DNA of 64,000 nt, taken from NCBI GenBank assembly GCA_965223915.1, contig OZ245027.1:109646-173645 (forward strand). The letters run 5' to 3'. Under the pieces are notes generated by a model. It had not been told where the DNA came from, searched no databases, and was given only the letters and a program-made list of their open reading frames with translations. How positions within the stretch are numbered: the first letter of the stretch is position 1; the number at the start of each line of letters is the position of its first letter. Shown here in pieces: positions 19,250 to 30,432 of the stretch. Origin of the DNA: Cyclobacteriaceae bacterium. Its GTDB lineage: Bacteria; Bacteroidota; Bacteroidia; Cytophagales; Cyclobacteriaceae. The position numbers and the translations under genes are program-made.

Positions 19250-19374
19250 TAAGTTCGCTTTTGAGACCCAATATCAGAAGTCTAAAGATTAAATCTGGAC
19301 TTACCCTTCACACCTTCAAAATATTCTCTAAATTTTCCAAACTTTATTTCATTGTTCATCAAACCACACCCCAT

Positions 19375-20865
19375 TTGAAAACGGATAAGCAATATATCAT
19401 CGCCTTCGACCAGGGAACGACAAGCTCCCGGGCCCTGCTGGTAGATACCGACGGCCAACTCTGCGACATCGCTCAGAAAGAATTCAAACAGATCTTCCCC
19501 AAGCCGGGATGGGTAGAGCACGACCCGGATGAGATCTGGGCGTCGCAGTGGGCGGTCTTTAAGCAGCTCATCGATAAGCATAAGCTCCACGCCAACCAGA
19601 TCGTGGGCATCGGCATCACCAACCAGCGGGAAACGACGGTGATCTGGGACCGGGAAACGGGCAAGCCCATCCACAACGCCCTGGTATGGCAGGACAAAAG
19701 GACGGCACCGCAATGCGAGATACTGAAAGAAAAAGGGCTAACGGACTATGTGAGGGAACATACCGGCCTGGTGATCGATTCCTATTTCTGTGCTACCAAG
19801 ATCCAGTGGATCCTGGAAAATGTGAAAGGGGCACAGGAAAAAGCCGAAGCAGGTAAACTTTGCTTTGGCACCATCGACTCCTGGCTGATCTGGAACCTGA
19901 CCAAAGGCAAATCCCACGTCACCGATCATACCAACGCCAGCCGAACGATGCTCTTTGATATCGTGAAAATGGACTGGGACCAAAAGCTCCTGAAAGCAAT
20001 GGACATCCCCGGATCGATGCTGCCCACCGTGCAACCCTCCGGCAGTCACTTTGGGGACCTGGAGTACGAGGGCGTGAAAATCCCCATCAATGGTGTGGCT
20101 GGCGACCAGCAGGCGGCCCTCTTCGGCCAGGCTTGCTTCAGCCCCGGACTGGCCAAAAACACCTACGGCACAGGATGCTTCCTCCTGATGAATATGGGGT
20201 CAAAGCATGTGGTGTCTCAAAACGGACTGCTTACCACCCTGGCCTGCAGCATGGATAATCAACCCGTATATGCGCTGGAGGGCAGTATTTTCATTGCGGG
20301 CGCAGCCATCCAATGGCTGAGGGACGGCATTAAAATCATCAAGCATGCTTCGGATACGGAACAGCTGGCAATGGAATCTGATAAAGATGAGGTCGTAGTG
20401 GTACCGGCATTTGCCGGGCTTGGCACCCCCTACTGGGACATGTATGCCCGGGGTGCTATTTTCGGACTGACCAGGGACACGGGGATACCCGAGATCGCCA
20501 AAGCCACCCTGCAGTCGCTGGCCTTTCAAACCAAAGACGTGATCAATGCCATGATGGAAGATACGGGCATTGAGATCAAGACCTTAAAAGTGGATGGGGG
20601 TGCCTGTGCCAACAATTATCTGATGCAGTTTCAGGCGGATATCCTCGGCGCTCCGGTAGAAAGGCCCGAGATCATCGAAACCACGGCCATGGGAGCTGCC
20701 TACCTGGCGGGTATTGTATCCGGGATCTGGAAAATAGATGACGTGGACAAGAACAGAAAGATCGATAAATTGTTTAAAGCTAATATTGATGCTAACAAGA
20801 GAGACGGATTGTACAGTCAGTGGACCAAGGGGGTGCAACGCGTGATGAATTGGAATGAAAAATGA
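19375..20865 (+). CDS. glpK: Glycerol kinase
   Basis: YIIAFDQGTTSSRALL..., ITNQRETTVIWD and GDQQAALFGQ are FGGY-kinase/GlpK hallmarks. I placed the start at in-frame TTG 19375 (496 aa, the normal GlpK length). The track start at 19144 would add 77 aa translated from REP elements. Confidence 0.9.
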   Translation: MKTDKQYIIAFDQGTTSSRALLVDTDGQLCDIAQKEFKQIFPKPGWVEHDPDEIWASQWAVFKQLIDKHKLHANQIVGIGITNQRETTVIWDRETGKPIHNALVWQDKRTAPQCEILKEKGLTDYVREHTGLVIDSYFCATKIQWILENVKGAQEKAEAGKLCFGTIDSWLIWNLTKGKSHVTDHTNASRTMLFDIVKMDWDQKLLKAMDIPGSMLPTVQPSGSHFGDLEYEGVKIPINGVAGDQQAALFGQACFSPGLAKNTYGTGCFLLMNMGSKHVVSQNGLLTTLACSMDNQPVYALEGSIFIAGAAIQWLRDGIKIIKHASDTEQLAMESDKDEVVVVPAFAGLGTPYWDMYARGAIFGLTRDTGIPEIAKATLQSLAFQTKDVINAMMEDTGIEIKTLKVDGGACANNYLMQFQADILGAPVERPEIIETTAMGAAYLAGIVSGIWKIDDVDKNRKIDKLFKANIDANKRDGLYSQWTKGVQRVMNWNEK

Positions 20866-22523
20866 TAAACGAAATGAATAAGTTCTCTTTCAATCAGAGA
20901 TCGGAACTAATCAGGCAGGCGGAGAAAGAAACTTATGACCTGATCATTATTGGTGGAGGAGTGACGGGATGCGGCATCGCACTGGATGCCGCCTCACGAG
21001 GCATCAAAACCCTGCTCATCGATAAAAACGACATCGCCTCAGGCACCAGCAGCAAATCCACAAAGCTGATCCATGGTGGGTTAAGGTATCTCAAGCAGTT
21101 TGACATTGGATTGGTGACCAAGACAGGCCGGGAAAGAGCCGTAGTGCACAGACTGGCTCCCCATTTGGTGCACCCGGAAAAAATGTTGCTACCCATCATC
21201 AAAGATGGAAACTATGGCCGTCTACTCTCCTCTTTCGGGCTGTGGGTGTATGATCTGCTCGCAGGTGTCACAGGTAAGGACAAGCGAAGGATGCTTTCCA
21301 GAAAACAGACCCTCCGCCAGGAGCCACTGCTGAATAAGCAGGCCATCATTGCGGGGTTTTTGTATGCCGAATATAGAACCGATGATGCCCGTTTGTGTAT
21401 CGAACTGGCCAAAACGGCAGCCAGACTGGGGGCCCATATCCTGACCTACACTCAGCTCACGGACTTTATCTATGAGCACAATAAGATCACAGGCATCCAA
21501 TGTAAGGACCTGGATGAGCATAAGACCTATACCATCAAATCCAGCTATGTGGTGTCTGCCGCTGGCCCATGGGTGGACCAGATCCGCAAACTCAATCATT
21601 CAATCGACAAGAAAAGACTCCACCTGACCAAAGGTGTGCACATCGTGTTTAATCGCGCTCAATTACCGCTGAAAAATGCTGTCTATTTTGATGGACCGGA
21701 TGGTCGGATGGTCTTTGCCATCCCACGTGGTCATATAACTTATGTGGGCACTACGGATACCACCTATACCGGAGATCCGGAAGATGTGAAAGCCAACAAG
21801 GAAGATGTGCTCTACCTGCTCAAGGCCACGCAGCATGGCTTTCCTTCGGTATCGTTCACCATCGACGACGTACAGTCTACCTGGGCCGGCCTCCGTCCTT
21901 TGATCCATGAGGAAGGAAAGTCTCCGTCAGACATCTCCAGGAAAGATGAGATCTTTGAAGCGGAGGATGGCCTCGTTTCCATCGCTGGTGGTAAGTTGAC
22001 AGGGTATCGCAGGATGGCTTTGGAGATTGTGGATCTGATTGCCAAAAAACTTAGAAAATCGGCTGACCGAATCATCTCAAAATCCGGCACCAATACCATC
22101 CACCTTACAGAAAAACCTTTTGGTAACTATCACAACGTCAAACGCTATGTAAAGAAAACAGCCAAACGGCTTGCCGATAAAGGACTCAACCCCAAGAGAG
22201 CCGAATACCTGGTGAATAACTATGGGAAACAAACCAAAGCGATTCTCAATGCTATACCAAAAACTTCCCATCAGGACCCGGAAGAAACCTTGTTGATGGC
22301 AGAGCTATCATTTTGTATGGAACATGAAATGGTCCTCTCTACGATGGACTTTCTGGAGCGAAGAACCGGACGCCTCTATTTTGACATTGAGAGCGTAACA
22401 AAATATCACGAAAAGATACATGATGAGATCGCAGCTATCAGAGGATGGAACAAAACCAGAAAACAGGTAGATGCCAAGGTGATCGACAAAGCAATTCATA
22501 GCACGCTGGCTTTCAGGAAATAA
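20862..22523 (+). CDS. glpD: FAD-dependent glycerol-3-phosphate dehydrogenase
   Basis: 553-aa ORF with an N-terminal dinucleotide-binding motif (DLIIIGGGVTGCGIALDAASRG) and GGKLTGYRRMA. It overlaps the glpK stop by 4 nt (ATGA). Confidence 0.9.
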   Translation: MINEMNKFSFNQRSELIRQAEKETYDLIIIGGGVTGCGIALDAASRGIKTLLIDKNDIASGTSSKSTKLIHGGLRYLKQFDIGLVTKTGRERAVVHRLAPHLVHPEKMLLPIIKDGNYGRLLSSFGLWVYDLLAGVTGKDKRRMLSRKQTLRQEPLLNKQAIIAGFLYAEYRTDDARLCIELAKTAARLGAHILTYTQLTDFIYEHNKITGIQCKDLDEHKTYTIKSSYVVSAAGPWVDQIRKLNHSIDKKRLHLTKGVHIVFNRAQLPLKNAVYFDGPDGRMVFAIPRGHITYVGTTDTTYTGDPEDVKANKEDVLYLLKATQHGFPSVSFTIDDVQSTWAGLRPLIHEEGKSPSDISRKDEIFEAEDGLVSIAGGKLTGYRRMALEIVDLIAKKLRKSADRIISKSGTNTIHLTEKPFGNYHNVKRYVKKTAKRLADKGLNPKRAEYLVNNYGKQTKAILNAIPKTSHQDPEETLLMAELSFCMEHEMVLSTMDFLERRTGRLYFDIESVTKYHEKIHDEIAAIRGWNKTRKQVDAKVIDKAIHSTLAFRK

Positions 22524-22729
22524 TACTAAATGTCTGTATTTCAGGGTATTGCGTTATCCATTTTCCTCTCCTTTTATCTACCGGTTCTGACGAATCGACT
22601 AGGTAAATTACCTTATTATACCCTATACAAAATAGGTTTTTTTACGGGTAGAAATGATCAGGTTTCGGATATAGTTTTGTCTGAATAAATTATTAGTAAA
22701 GTGTTTTACGCTTAGCCAACAGGGAGTAG

Positions 22730-25696
22730 GTGCTTCATTTAATGATAAGTTCAAGGAAAAAAGTACTCAAAAAAATGTTGTTCAGGAGACCGGCATTTTT
22801 TATCGCTCTGGCTTTCGTGGGAAGCACATTCCTGGCATTGTATTTACTGGAACAGGCATTGGTCTCACCAATGCTCCTTATCGTAGCCCTCTCATTATGC
22901 ATGGCTCTCACCAGTATGGCAGGCTTCATTTTTCTTGCAGGAAGGGCTGGTAGTCGGACAAATCTTACCCACGACAGGATAGCACCCAATACCCTGGAAA
23001 CACAAAACCTCAAGCTTGCATCTTACAGAACAGCCCTTGAACGAAGCAGCCTGGTATCTGTCACAGACCTGAAAGGGAATATCCTGGAAGTCAATAAAAA
23101 GTTTTGCGCCATTTCTAAATATAGCCGGGAAGAGTTGATCGGGCAAAATCACCGTATCATCAATTCCGGATATCATGACGCGTCATTCTGGAATGAATTA
23201 TGGAAAACCATCGCCAATGGCGATGTCTGGCGGGGAGAGATCAAGAACAAGGCCAAGGACGGCTCACATTATTGGGTAGATACGGTCATCTGTCCTGTCC
23301 GTGATAAAAATGGTAAAATTTCCAGGTTCCTCTCTGTGAGGCAGGACATTACGGAAAATAAAAAAATACTTGAAAACCTTCAGTTCATGTCGGGTATTAT
23401 GAATGCTGCTCAGGAGCTTGGGAATATCGGTGGCTGGCAATTGGATGCAGAGACCGAACACGTCACCTGGACTGATGAAGTCTACAAGATTTATGAACTC
23501 CCTAAAAATCATGTACCGGACAAGGATGAGTCCATTGGTTTTTTCCACACTAAATACATATCTATCATTGAAAAGGCGCTGGAAAACACCATTGTAAACC
23601 GGGAAAACTTTGATATTGAATGCAAGTTTACTACCGCGAAGAAAAATCAACGGTGGGTTCGGGTCATTGGCAAACCACTCATATTGGATGGAGCTGTAAA
23701 ACAGGTGGTGGGTGTAATCCAGGATATCTCTGAAACCAAAAGAAACCAGGAAGAGCTTATCAAGGCGAAATTAGAAGCCATTGAAGCCAACCAGGCGAAA
23801 TCAGCATTTCTGGCAAACATGAGTCATGAGATCAGGACGCCACTCAACGGGGTGATCGGTTTCACTGATCTGCTTTTGAAAACCAAGTTGAACCCCATTC
23901 AGGAGGAGCACATGAAACTCGTGAAAAACAGTGGACAGTGCTTGCTGGATGTAATCAATGACATCCTGGATTTCTCCAAGATAGAAGCCGGGAAATTTGA
24001 ACTCAATACGGAGAAGACACTTTTCTACCCGTTGATCGAAAGTGTGGTCAATGTGCTGAAATATCAGGTGGCAAGTAAAAGCATCAAATTGATCATTAAT
24101 GTGGATCCCACCAGTATTCCAGAGTACATATGGATTGACGAGATACGCTTGAAGCAGGTACTGATCAACCTGATCAGCAATGCCTGTAAGTTTACTGATG
24201 AGGGAGAAATTGAACTGACAGTGGCCAACGTCCCTGATGAAAATGGAAAAAACATCTTCCGGTTTGAAGTGAGCGACACCGGCGTGGGTATCTCGGAAGA
24301 AGTGAAAGAGAAGATTTTTGGCGCTTTCGATCAGGCGGATGGTTCCACGACCAAGAAATATGGTGGTACCGGTTTGGGGCTGAGCATTTCACAATCAATC
24401 GTACGCATGATGGGAAGTGAATTAAAAATTGACAGCGCGGTGGGTGTTGGGAGCTCCTTCTACTTTGATCTTGAATTAAAAACCAGCGAAGTAAAAAGCA
24501 ACAAGACCCTGCCAAAGGTGAAAATGTACAATGCATTGATTGTGGATGACAATGAAATAAATGTCAGGATCATGACCAATGCACTCAGTCATCATGGCAT
24601 TAACTCGGTGATGGCTCAAAGCGGTGAAGAAGCGCTCGGCATTCTCAGTCGGATCAAAGATTTTGATCTTATCTTCATGGACTATCAAATGGCTGGGTTG
24701 AATGGCCTCGAAACCATTGAAAGAATAAGAAATGACCATCAGCTGGTCGGTCCAAAGACCAAGATAGTCCTGACACACAGCATATTGGAAGATGACCTTT
24801 GTGCCAGGATCAAGGCTTTGAATATTGATCACCACCTGCCGAAGCCAATCAATCTGGATGCACTGTCGGAGTGTCTTCAAACGCTCGGAGGGACCAATAC
24901 ACTTGATGGACCTGATATTGATGATCAAAAACAAAACAGCATAAAATTCAAACAGGAATTATCCATCCTTGTAGCCGAGGATAGCCAGGTAAACATGAAA
25001 CTTACCAAAGCAATCCTGAAAAGGGTGCTTCCAAATGCCCGGCTTATTGGAGCTGAAGACGGACTCTCAGCCATCAATACCTTCAACAGCGAGTCAGTTG
25101 ATATGGTGATTACCGATATCCAGATGGATGAACTCAACGGTTATGAGTTGGCCCAGGCGATACGAAAGAAAGACAAAAACGTGCCCATATTTGCTTTGAC
25201 TGCCGGGACTGTGGAAGGTGAGCGAAAAAGATGTCTTGATGCCGGCATGAACGACATGTTGAGAAAGCCACTGATTGAGGATGAAGTAGTGGTCATGTTA
25301 ACCAAATGGTTTATTCACCAAAATACAGAAGCATCTCACCGAGAAAGCCTTCTGGATCATTTTGATCTGGAAAAAATCGCCGAAATATTTGAAAGTCAGC
25401 AGGAATTGGATGAGCTCATCGAAGTAGCCATTCCTATCCTCAACGATTCTGCTGCTAATCTCAAAGAGTATATAGCGGCTGCCAATATGGTCGCCTTGAA
25501 AAAAGTAGCCCACCATATTTGTGGTACTGCGCGTTCGCTGATGTTAAACCGGTTGGATACACTGACAAGTGAGCTGGAACGGCTGGATGAATCAGCCACC
25601 ATTCCTGCCCAAAAACTGGTTTCGGAGATCATCGCAGAAATCAAATTTCTTGTAGATGAGGTATTGATCAAGGATCGTAAAAAGGTTTTGAAATAA
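22730..25696 (+). CDS. Hybrid sensor histidine kinase (2 TM, 2 PAS, HisKA, HATPase, two receivers, HPt)
   Basis: H-box [15 protein letters not shown] and G-boxes DTGVGISEE...[14 protein letters not shown]1 is [10 protein letters not shown]...[11 protein letters not shown] and REC2 is [10 protein letters not shown]...[11 protein letters not shown]...RKPL. The C-terminal HPt-like helix is [14 protein letters not shown]. The exact start is uncertain (GTG 22730, or ATG 22742 or 22775). Confidence 0.85.
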   Translation: MLHLMISSRKKVLKKMLFRRPAFFIALAFVGSTFLALYLLEQALVSPMLLIVALSLCMALTSMAGFIFLAGRAGSRTNLTHDRIAPNTLETQNLKLASYRTALERSSLVSVTDLKGNILEVNKKFCAISKYSREELIGQNHRIINSGYHDASFWNELWKTIANGDVWRGEIKNKAKDGSHYWVDTVICPVRDKNGKISRFLSVRQDITENKKILENLQFMSGIMNAAQELGNIGGWQLDAETEHVTWTDEVYKIYELPKNHVPDKDESIGFFHTKYISIIEKALENTIVNRENFDIECKFTTAKKNQRWVRVIGKPLILDGAVKQVVGVIQDISETKRNQEELIKAKLEAIEANQAKSAFLANMSHEIRTPLNGVIGFTDLLLKTKLNPIQEEHMKLVKNSGQCLLDVINDILDFSKIEAGKFELNTEKTLFYPLIESVVNVLKYQVASKSIKLIINVDPTSIPEYIWIDEIRLKQVLINLISNACKFTDEGEIELTVANVPDENGKNIFRFEVSDTGVGISEEVKEKIFGAFDQADGSTTKKYGGTGLGLSISQSIVRMMGSELKIDSAVGVGSSFYFDLELKTSEVKSNKTLPKVKMYNALIVDDNEINVRIMTNALSHHGINSVMAQSGEEALGILSRIKDFDLIFMDYQMAGLNGLETIERIRNDHQLVGPKTKIVLTHSILEDDLCARIKALNIDHHLPKPINLDALSECLQTLGGTNTLDGPDIDDQKQNSIKFKQELSILVAEDSQVNMKLTKAILKRVLPNARLIGAEDGLSAINTFNSESVDMVITDIQMDELNGYELAQAIRKKDKNVPIFALTAGTVEGERKRCLDAGMNDMLRKPLIEDEVVVMLTKWFIHQNTEASHRESLLDHFDLEKIAEIFESQQELDELIEVAIPILNDSAANLKEYIAAANMVALKKVAHHICGTARSLMLNRLDTLTSELERLDESATIPAQKLVSEIIAEIKFLVDEVLIKDRKKVLK

Positions 25697-25983
25697 AGGC
25701 CAATCTCATCCGAGCTACTTTTTATACCATTCAGCCAAACCTTACGAAATAGCTCTTACTTATGCATACCGTATAGCTTCATACCACTCATATGAAGAGC
25801 GTACCCTGACCAATAACTGTCAATGAAGATGTTCTTTAAGTTTTTTCGTGATATTCCATCACATATTGAATTAGCTTCTATTCCAAATATGTGAAGAACA
25901 GTTTGTTTCAGGGGCTATGCCAGATTAAATTACACGTAATCAAATATTTACCCGTTTTCTTCAGGGTTTTTTTTTGACCAGCA

Positions 25984-28900
25984 ATGATCGACAAGGATAA
26001 TATTAAGTTTAAAGGATTTATTCAAATCACTAACCTGATAGTCACAGGTTTCGGAGTCCTGGTGCTATTGGGTTGGGTATTTGATGTTGATTTCCTCAAG
26101 AGCATTATCCCCGGCTTCAGCACCATGAAGTTCAATACTGCGTTATCATTCGTAGTCATTGCTTCATCAATTTACTTTCAGTTTTCATACAAAATTTCCC
26201 GGAAACGTTTTATATGGAAATCAGCCAGTGCATTTGTTTTGGCCATGGGGCTGCTTTCTCTATCGGAAGAGTTTATCGGTAGGGACTTCGGGATTGATCA
26301 GCTATTTTTTCGGGGAGAAGAAACTGTCACACCATCCTCAAACCCTTTTAGGATGGCGGCGGCAACCGCGTTCAGTTTCATTTTACTGGGATTCTTCTCA
26401 GTAACCATGGGAACCAAAAACAAATTACTCATCCAAGTATCTCAAATAGCTCTTCACATAGTAACGCTTATGGCGTTTACAGCATTCATGGGATACCTAT
26501 TGGGGGTTCCCAAATTATACAAGCACTGGTTTATCAATACCATGGCTGTTCACACGTCATTGTGTTTCCTTTTGCTCTCTCTTTCTTCTTCACTTGTAAA
26601 TCCTAACAGTGGAATCACTGCTTACTTCATAGGGAAACAGATTGGAAATGTGATGGCCAGGAAGCTCTTTTTCCAAATGTTGATCGCCATCCTCATACTG
26701 GCATACCTTAGAATCCTAACTACCCGGCTCGAGTGGGTGACTGTGGAGTTTGGCATTGCCCTGTTCGCCCTATCGTTTATACTTGTTTCGCTGGCTTTGA
26801 TCAGGAGGACAGCAATTGCGTTAAATACTGTGGATACTGGTAAAGTCCAGGCAGAATCCAATTTACAACAGACCAGTCATATTCTTGACTCTACCCCTGA
26901 CCCAATGATCATCATCGATCAAAGCGGGACCATTCTGCTGTCAAACCTTCAAACACAACAGGTTTTTGGCTATACAGAAGAAGAACTAAAAGGCCAAAAA
27001 GTAGAGGTATTGATTCCTGAAAGATTCCATCACCATCATATCAATTATAGAAGCAGCTTTTTTAAAGCACCCAAGACCAGGAGCATGGGCTCGGGTCACG
27101 AACTGTTTGCTAGAAGAAGGGATGGAAAAGAGGTGCCAGTGGAAGTCTCACTGAGCCCCATCCAAATGGAAAATGAAACATGGGTTTCGGCAGCCATCCG
27201 TGATGTCACAGCACGCAGGCTTGAAGAGATCAAGCTCAATCAATTGGTCAGTATTATTGATTCTTCTGCAGATGCCATTGTTAGTAAAAAAACTGACGGA
27301 ACAATTCTTTCATGGAATGCAGCTGCCGAAAGGATACTTGGCTATTCTGCAGAGGAAATTCTGGGGAAGAACATTTCACTCATTTTCCCATCCGAGTTGT
27401 TGCAGGAGGAAAAGCAATTGATGGAACAAATCACTCAAGGTAAAATTGTTTCACAGCATGAGACTTTAAGGGTACGGAAAGATCAAAAAAAGATCAATGT
27501 TTCCATCACCCTATCTCCAATCAGAGACAGCAAGGGAGAAATTTGGGCTGTATCTGCAATATTGCGGGACATCACGGAGCAAAAACAAAAAGCGGCGGAA
27601 AAGAGAAGGATCGAAGAGGTTTTGGAAAGAACCAATGAAGTTGCTCGTATCGGAGCCTGGGAAGTGGATTTGATAAAAAATACTGTTTACTGGAGTAAGA
27701 TCACCAAAGAAATTCATGAAGTCCCACAGGACTTTATCCCTGATTTAGCCGGGGGCGTTGAGTTTTACAAAGAAGGAAAGAGCAGGGATACCATTCAAAA
27801 CGTGGTTGGCGAGGCCATTGCGACGGGTAAAACATTCGATGTGGAATTGGAAATAGTGACGGCCAAAAAGAATATTCGTTGGGTTAGGTCAATCGGTCAG
27901 ACGGAATTTGAGGATGGTAAATGTGTCCGTTTATATGGTGTATTTCAGGATATTGATGAGATCACCAAATCCAAAGAGGCATTGAACGTAAGGAATCAGG
28001 AGCTGCAAGCCATTCTAAACGCAGGTCATGTATCCATTATTGGTACGGATACCACAGGAATTATCACTCACTTTAATGAAGGCGCTGAAAGGCTATTGCA
28101 ATACACAGCTGACGAAATGGTGGGTAAACAGACTCCGGCAATTGTACACAAGCTGGAAGAGGTGGTATCAAGAGGGAAAGAATTGACTGAAATTTATGGT
28201 TCGGAGATCAGTGGGTTTGAAGTGTTTGTGAGAAAAGCCAGGGATGGGAAATATGAATCCAGGGAATGGACCTATACGCGGAAAGATGGCACTTCCTTTC
28301 CGGTTCAGCTTATTGTCACAGCTATTAAAAATAAGGAAGGTGAAATAACCGGATTTTTGGGCGTTGCAACGGATATTAGTGAAAGAAAGGAAACTGAGGA
28401 AAAATTGAGGAAATATTCCATCCTGGAATCTAAAAGTAAGGAAATGGAACAATTTGCCTATGTAGCTTCACATGATCTGCGTGAACCTCTCCTCACCATC
28501 ATCAATTACATTGATGCACTTGAAGAAGAGTACGGCAATCGAATGGATGGAGATGGAGAGCAATATATGAAGTCTATTTCGAGGGCCGCAGGAAGAATGG
28601 ATGAACTCATCAAAGGCCTGTTGGATTACTCCAGGTTAAGTGCTAAAAAAGAGTTGAAGGAAACAGACTTTAATCAGGTGCTGTCAGAGGCGCTAGCAGA
28701 TCTCAACGCCCTGATAACATTGAAGAAGGCTCAAATCGAATCGGACGAACTGCCCAGCCTCAAAGCGTATCCACTGGAAATTAAACTACTTTTCCAGAAT
28801 CTGATTGCTAACGCGATCAAATTCAGTAAAAACGGATCTGATCCTATCGTTAAGATATCTGCTCACCCCATCACAAAGGGATGGCAATTTGAAGTTACTG

Positions 28901-29100
28901 ACAATGGCATTGGTGTTGACGAAAAGGACTGGGAAAAGATATTCCTTATGTTTCAACGCATCCATGGAAAATCAGAATATGAAGGGACAGGCATTGGATT
29001 GGCCCATTGTAAAAAGATTGTGGAGCTACACAATGGAAACATCTGGATTGATTCTACACCAGGGGAGTTCAGTACTTTCTATTTCACAATTATGACCTAA
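25984..29100 (+). CDS. Multi-pass membrane sensor histidine kinase with four PAS/PAC modules
   Basis: 1038-aa ORF. About 8 hydrophobic helices fill the first 290 aa, followed by repeated PAS-like modules. H-box is ASHDLREPLLTI, N-box NAIKFS, and G-boxes are DNGIGVDEKD and GTGIGLAHCKKIV. Confidence 0.85.
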   Translation: MIDKDNIKFKGFIQITNLIVTGFGVLVLLGWVFDVDFLKSIIPGFSTMKFNTALSFVVIASSIYFQFSYKISRKRFIWKSASAFVLAMGLLSLSEEFIGRDFGIDQLFFRGEETVTPSSNPFRMAAATAFSFILLGFFSVTMGTKNKLLIQVSQIALHIVTLMAFTAFMGYLLGVPKLYKHWFINTMAVHTSLCFLLLSLSSSLVNPNSGITAYFIGKQIGNVMARKLFFQMLIAILILAYLRILTTRLEWVTVEFGIALFALSFILVSLALIRRTAIALNTVDTGKVQAESNLQQTSHILDSTPDPMIIIDQSGTILLSNLQTQQVFGYTEEELKGQKVEVLIPERFHHHHINYRSSFFKAPKTRSMGSGHELFARRRDGKEVPVEVSLSPIQMENETWVSAAIRDVTARRLEEIKLNQLVSIIDSSADAIVSKKTDGTILSWNAAAERILGYSAEEILGKNISLIFPSELLQEEKQLMEQITQGKIVSQHETLRVRKDQKKINVSITLSPIRDSKGEIWAVSAILRDITEQKQKAAEKRRIEEVLERTNEVARIGAWEVDLIKNTVYWSKITKEIHEVPQDFIPDLAGGVEFYKEGKSRDTIQNVVGEAIATGKTFDVELEIVTAKKNIRWVRSIGQTEFEDGKCVRLYGVFQDIDEITKSKEALNVRNQELQAILNAGHVSIIGTDTTGIITHFNEGAERLLQYTADEMVGKQTPAIVHKLEEVVSRGKELTEIYGSEISGFEVFVRKARDGKYESREWTYTRKDGTSFPVQLIVTAIKNKEGEITGFLGVATDISERKETEEKLRKYSILESKSKEMEQFAYVASHDLREPLLTIINYIDALEEEYGNRMDGDGEQYMKSISRAAGRMDELIKGLLDYSRLSAKKELKETDFNQVLSEALADLNALITLKKAQIESDELPSLKAYPLEIKLLFQNLIANAIKFSKNGSDPIVKISAHPITKGWQFEVTDNGIGVDEKDWEKIFLMFQRIHGKSEYEGTGIGLAHCKKIVELHNGNIWIDSTPGEFSTFYFTIMT

Positions 29101-29310
29101 ACATTTCCTCTAAAACTGTTGTAATATTCTTGTAAGAAAAATAGATGAGCGTTTTATGCCAAACAGTTTTAAAAATGACTTATTTTTAAGGAATAAGTAA
29201 AGATTTTATTTTAATATTACCATTTTAGTTAACCGGATTTCAATTGAACCTTCATATATAGTGATGCTACGAAATATTTAATAACGCTCAAGCAATGAGG
29301 TAGTTAAAGG

Positions 29311-30426
29311 ATGAACCAGCTAATTGAAATTGATAACCGTAAGTACGCACACGCTCATTTGGATCCAAAAGTATTGATCATTGACAGGAATCCGGACGAG
29401 TTGATGATCCATCTCAGGGATTTACCCATTTCACTCTTCGGGGCAGTTAGTATCGATGAAGCCTTTTCTAGTCTAAACGATCACAATTTTGCTGTCGCCC
29501 TGTATAACCCGGATTTGCAGGGAATAAATGGTTCTGAAATCTCAATATTGTATGAGCACTCAAAAAATACCGAACTACCGATTGTGGTTTTGGCTCCACC
29601 TTCTCTGGAAATCAAACCCTTTATTGAAATTTCAGGAATCTTTAATTTCATACCCCATCCACCGGATCCAAAACAGCTGATCAGGCTGGTCCTATTTCAT
29701 ACCACCAATCACCTAAATGAAAATGTCCTTAAGGTAAATACCCCCCAGCTGGAATTGATCAATGCGGAACTTGAATCGATCACTTATTCGGTTTCGCATG
29801 ACCTGAGAGCTCCCTTAAGGGCCGTAACAGGGTTCTCATCAGTCCTACTGAAAAAGGCATCTGATCATTTGAAGGGAGACCATTTACGGTATTTAAACCT
29901 CATCGTGGAAAATGTGGATAGAATGAATCAAATGATTAATGATATTCTATCGCTATCCCGACTTTCCAGGCAAAAAAAACAGGTCCAACCCATAGACATG
30001 CAAAGTTTGGCAAAATCTATCTTCGCCGAATTGACAGCATCCATGGATCAGGTTCCGGAATTCATTCTTCCGAAACTACCAAAGGTGAAAGCTGACAAAG
30101 AAATGCTGTATCATGTTTGGTATCAGTTGCTGGAAAATGCGATCAGATTTTCTGCCAATAAAGAAAACCCAAGAATAGAAATTGGATCAAACACCATTAA
30201 TGATGAAATTATTTTTTATATTAAAGATAATGGAATTGGGTTTGAGATGGAATACCCCGATAAACTGTTTCAGTTGTTTCAAAAATTACATGGCGATGAG
30301 GAGTCCGGCAGGAACGGGTCGGGGTTAGCGATTGTTAAAAAAATTATCGATCGCCATGGTGGCAAAATATGGGCAGAATCAGAAACTGACGCTGGTGCTA
30401 CCTTTTTTTTCTCAATTCCTGAATAA
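29311..30426 (+). CDS. Histidine kinase with an N-terminal degenerate (pseudo-)receiver domain
   Basis: H-box [38 protein letters not shown]. The N-terminal 120 aa has a receiver-like layout, but key positions differ: IIDRN instead of DD, LYNPDLQGING instead of D..MP, and FIPHP instead of KP. Confidence 0.8.
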   Translation: MNQLIEIDNRKYAHAHLDPKVLIIDRNPDELMIHLRDLPISLFGAVSIDEAFSSLNDHNFAVALYNPDLQGINGSEISILYEHSKNTELPIVVLAPPSLEIKPFIEISGIFNFIPHPPDPKQLIRLVLFHTTNHLNENVLKVNTPQLELINAELESITYSVSHDLRAPLRAVTGFSSVLLKKASDHLKGDHLRYLNLIVENVDRMNQMINDILSLSRLSRQKKQVQPIDMQSLAKSIFAELTASMDQVPEFILPKLPKVKADKEMLYHVWYQLLENAIRFSANKENPRIEIGSNTINDEIIFYIKDNGIGFEMEYPDKLFQLFQKLHGDEESGRNGSGLAIVKKIIDRHGGKIWAESETDAGATFFFSIPE

Positions 30427-30432
30427 TATTGT

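Noticed and set aside
19144-19374. 77-codon N-terminal extension of glpK suggested by the track
   Set aside because: The extension is read through REP elements and has no GlpK similarity. The in-frame TTG at 19375 gives the normal ~496-aa length, starting just before the conserved YIIAFDQGTTSSR block.
19282-22499. Many 60-143-aa ORFs antisense to, or out of frame in, glpK/glpD
   Set aside because: They are fully contained in two strongly supported genes. They are Arg/Pro/Gly-rich, as expected for antisense frames of GC-richer coding DNA.
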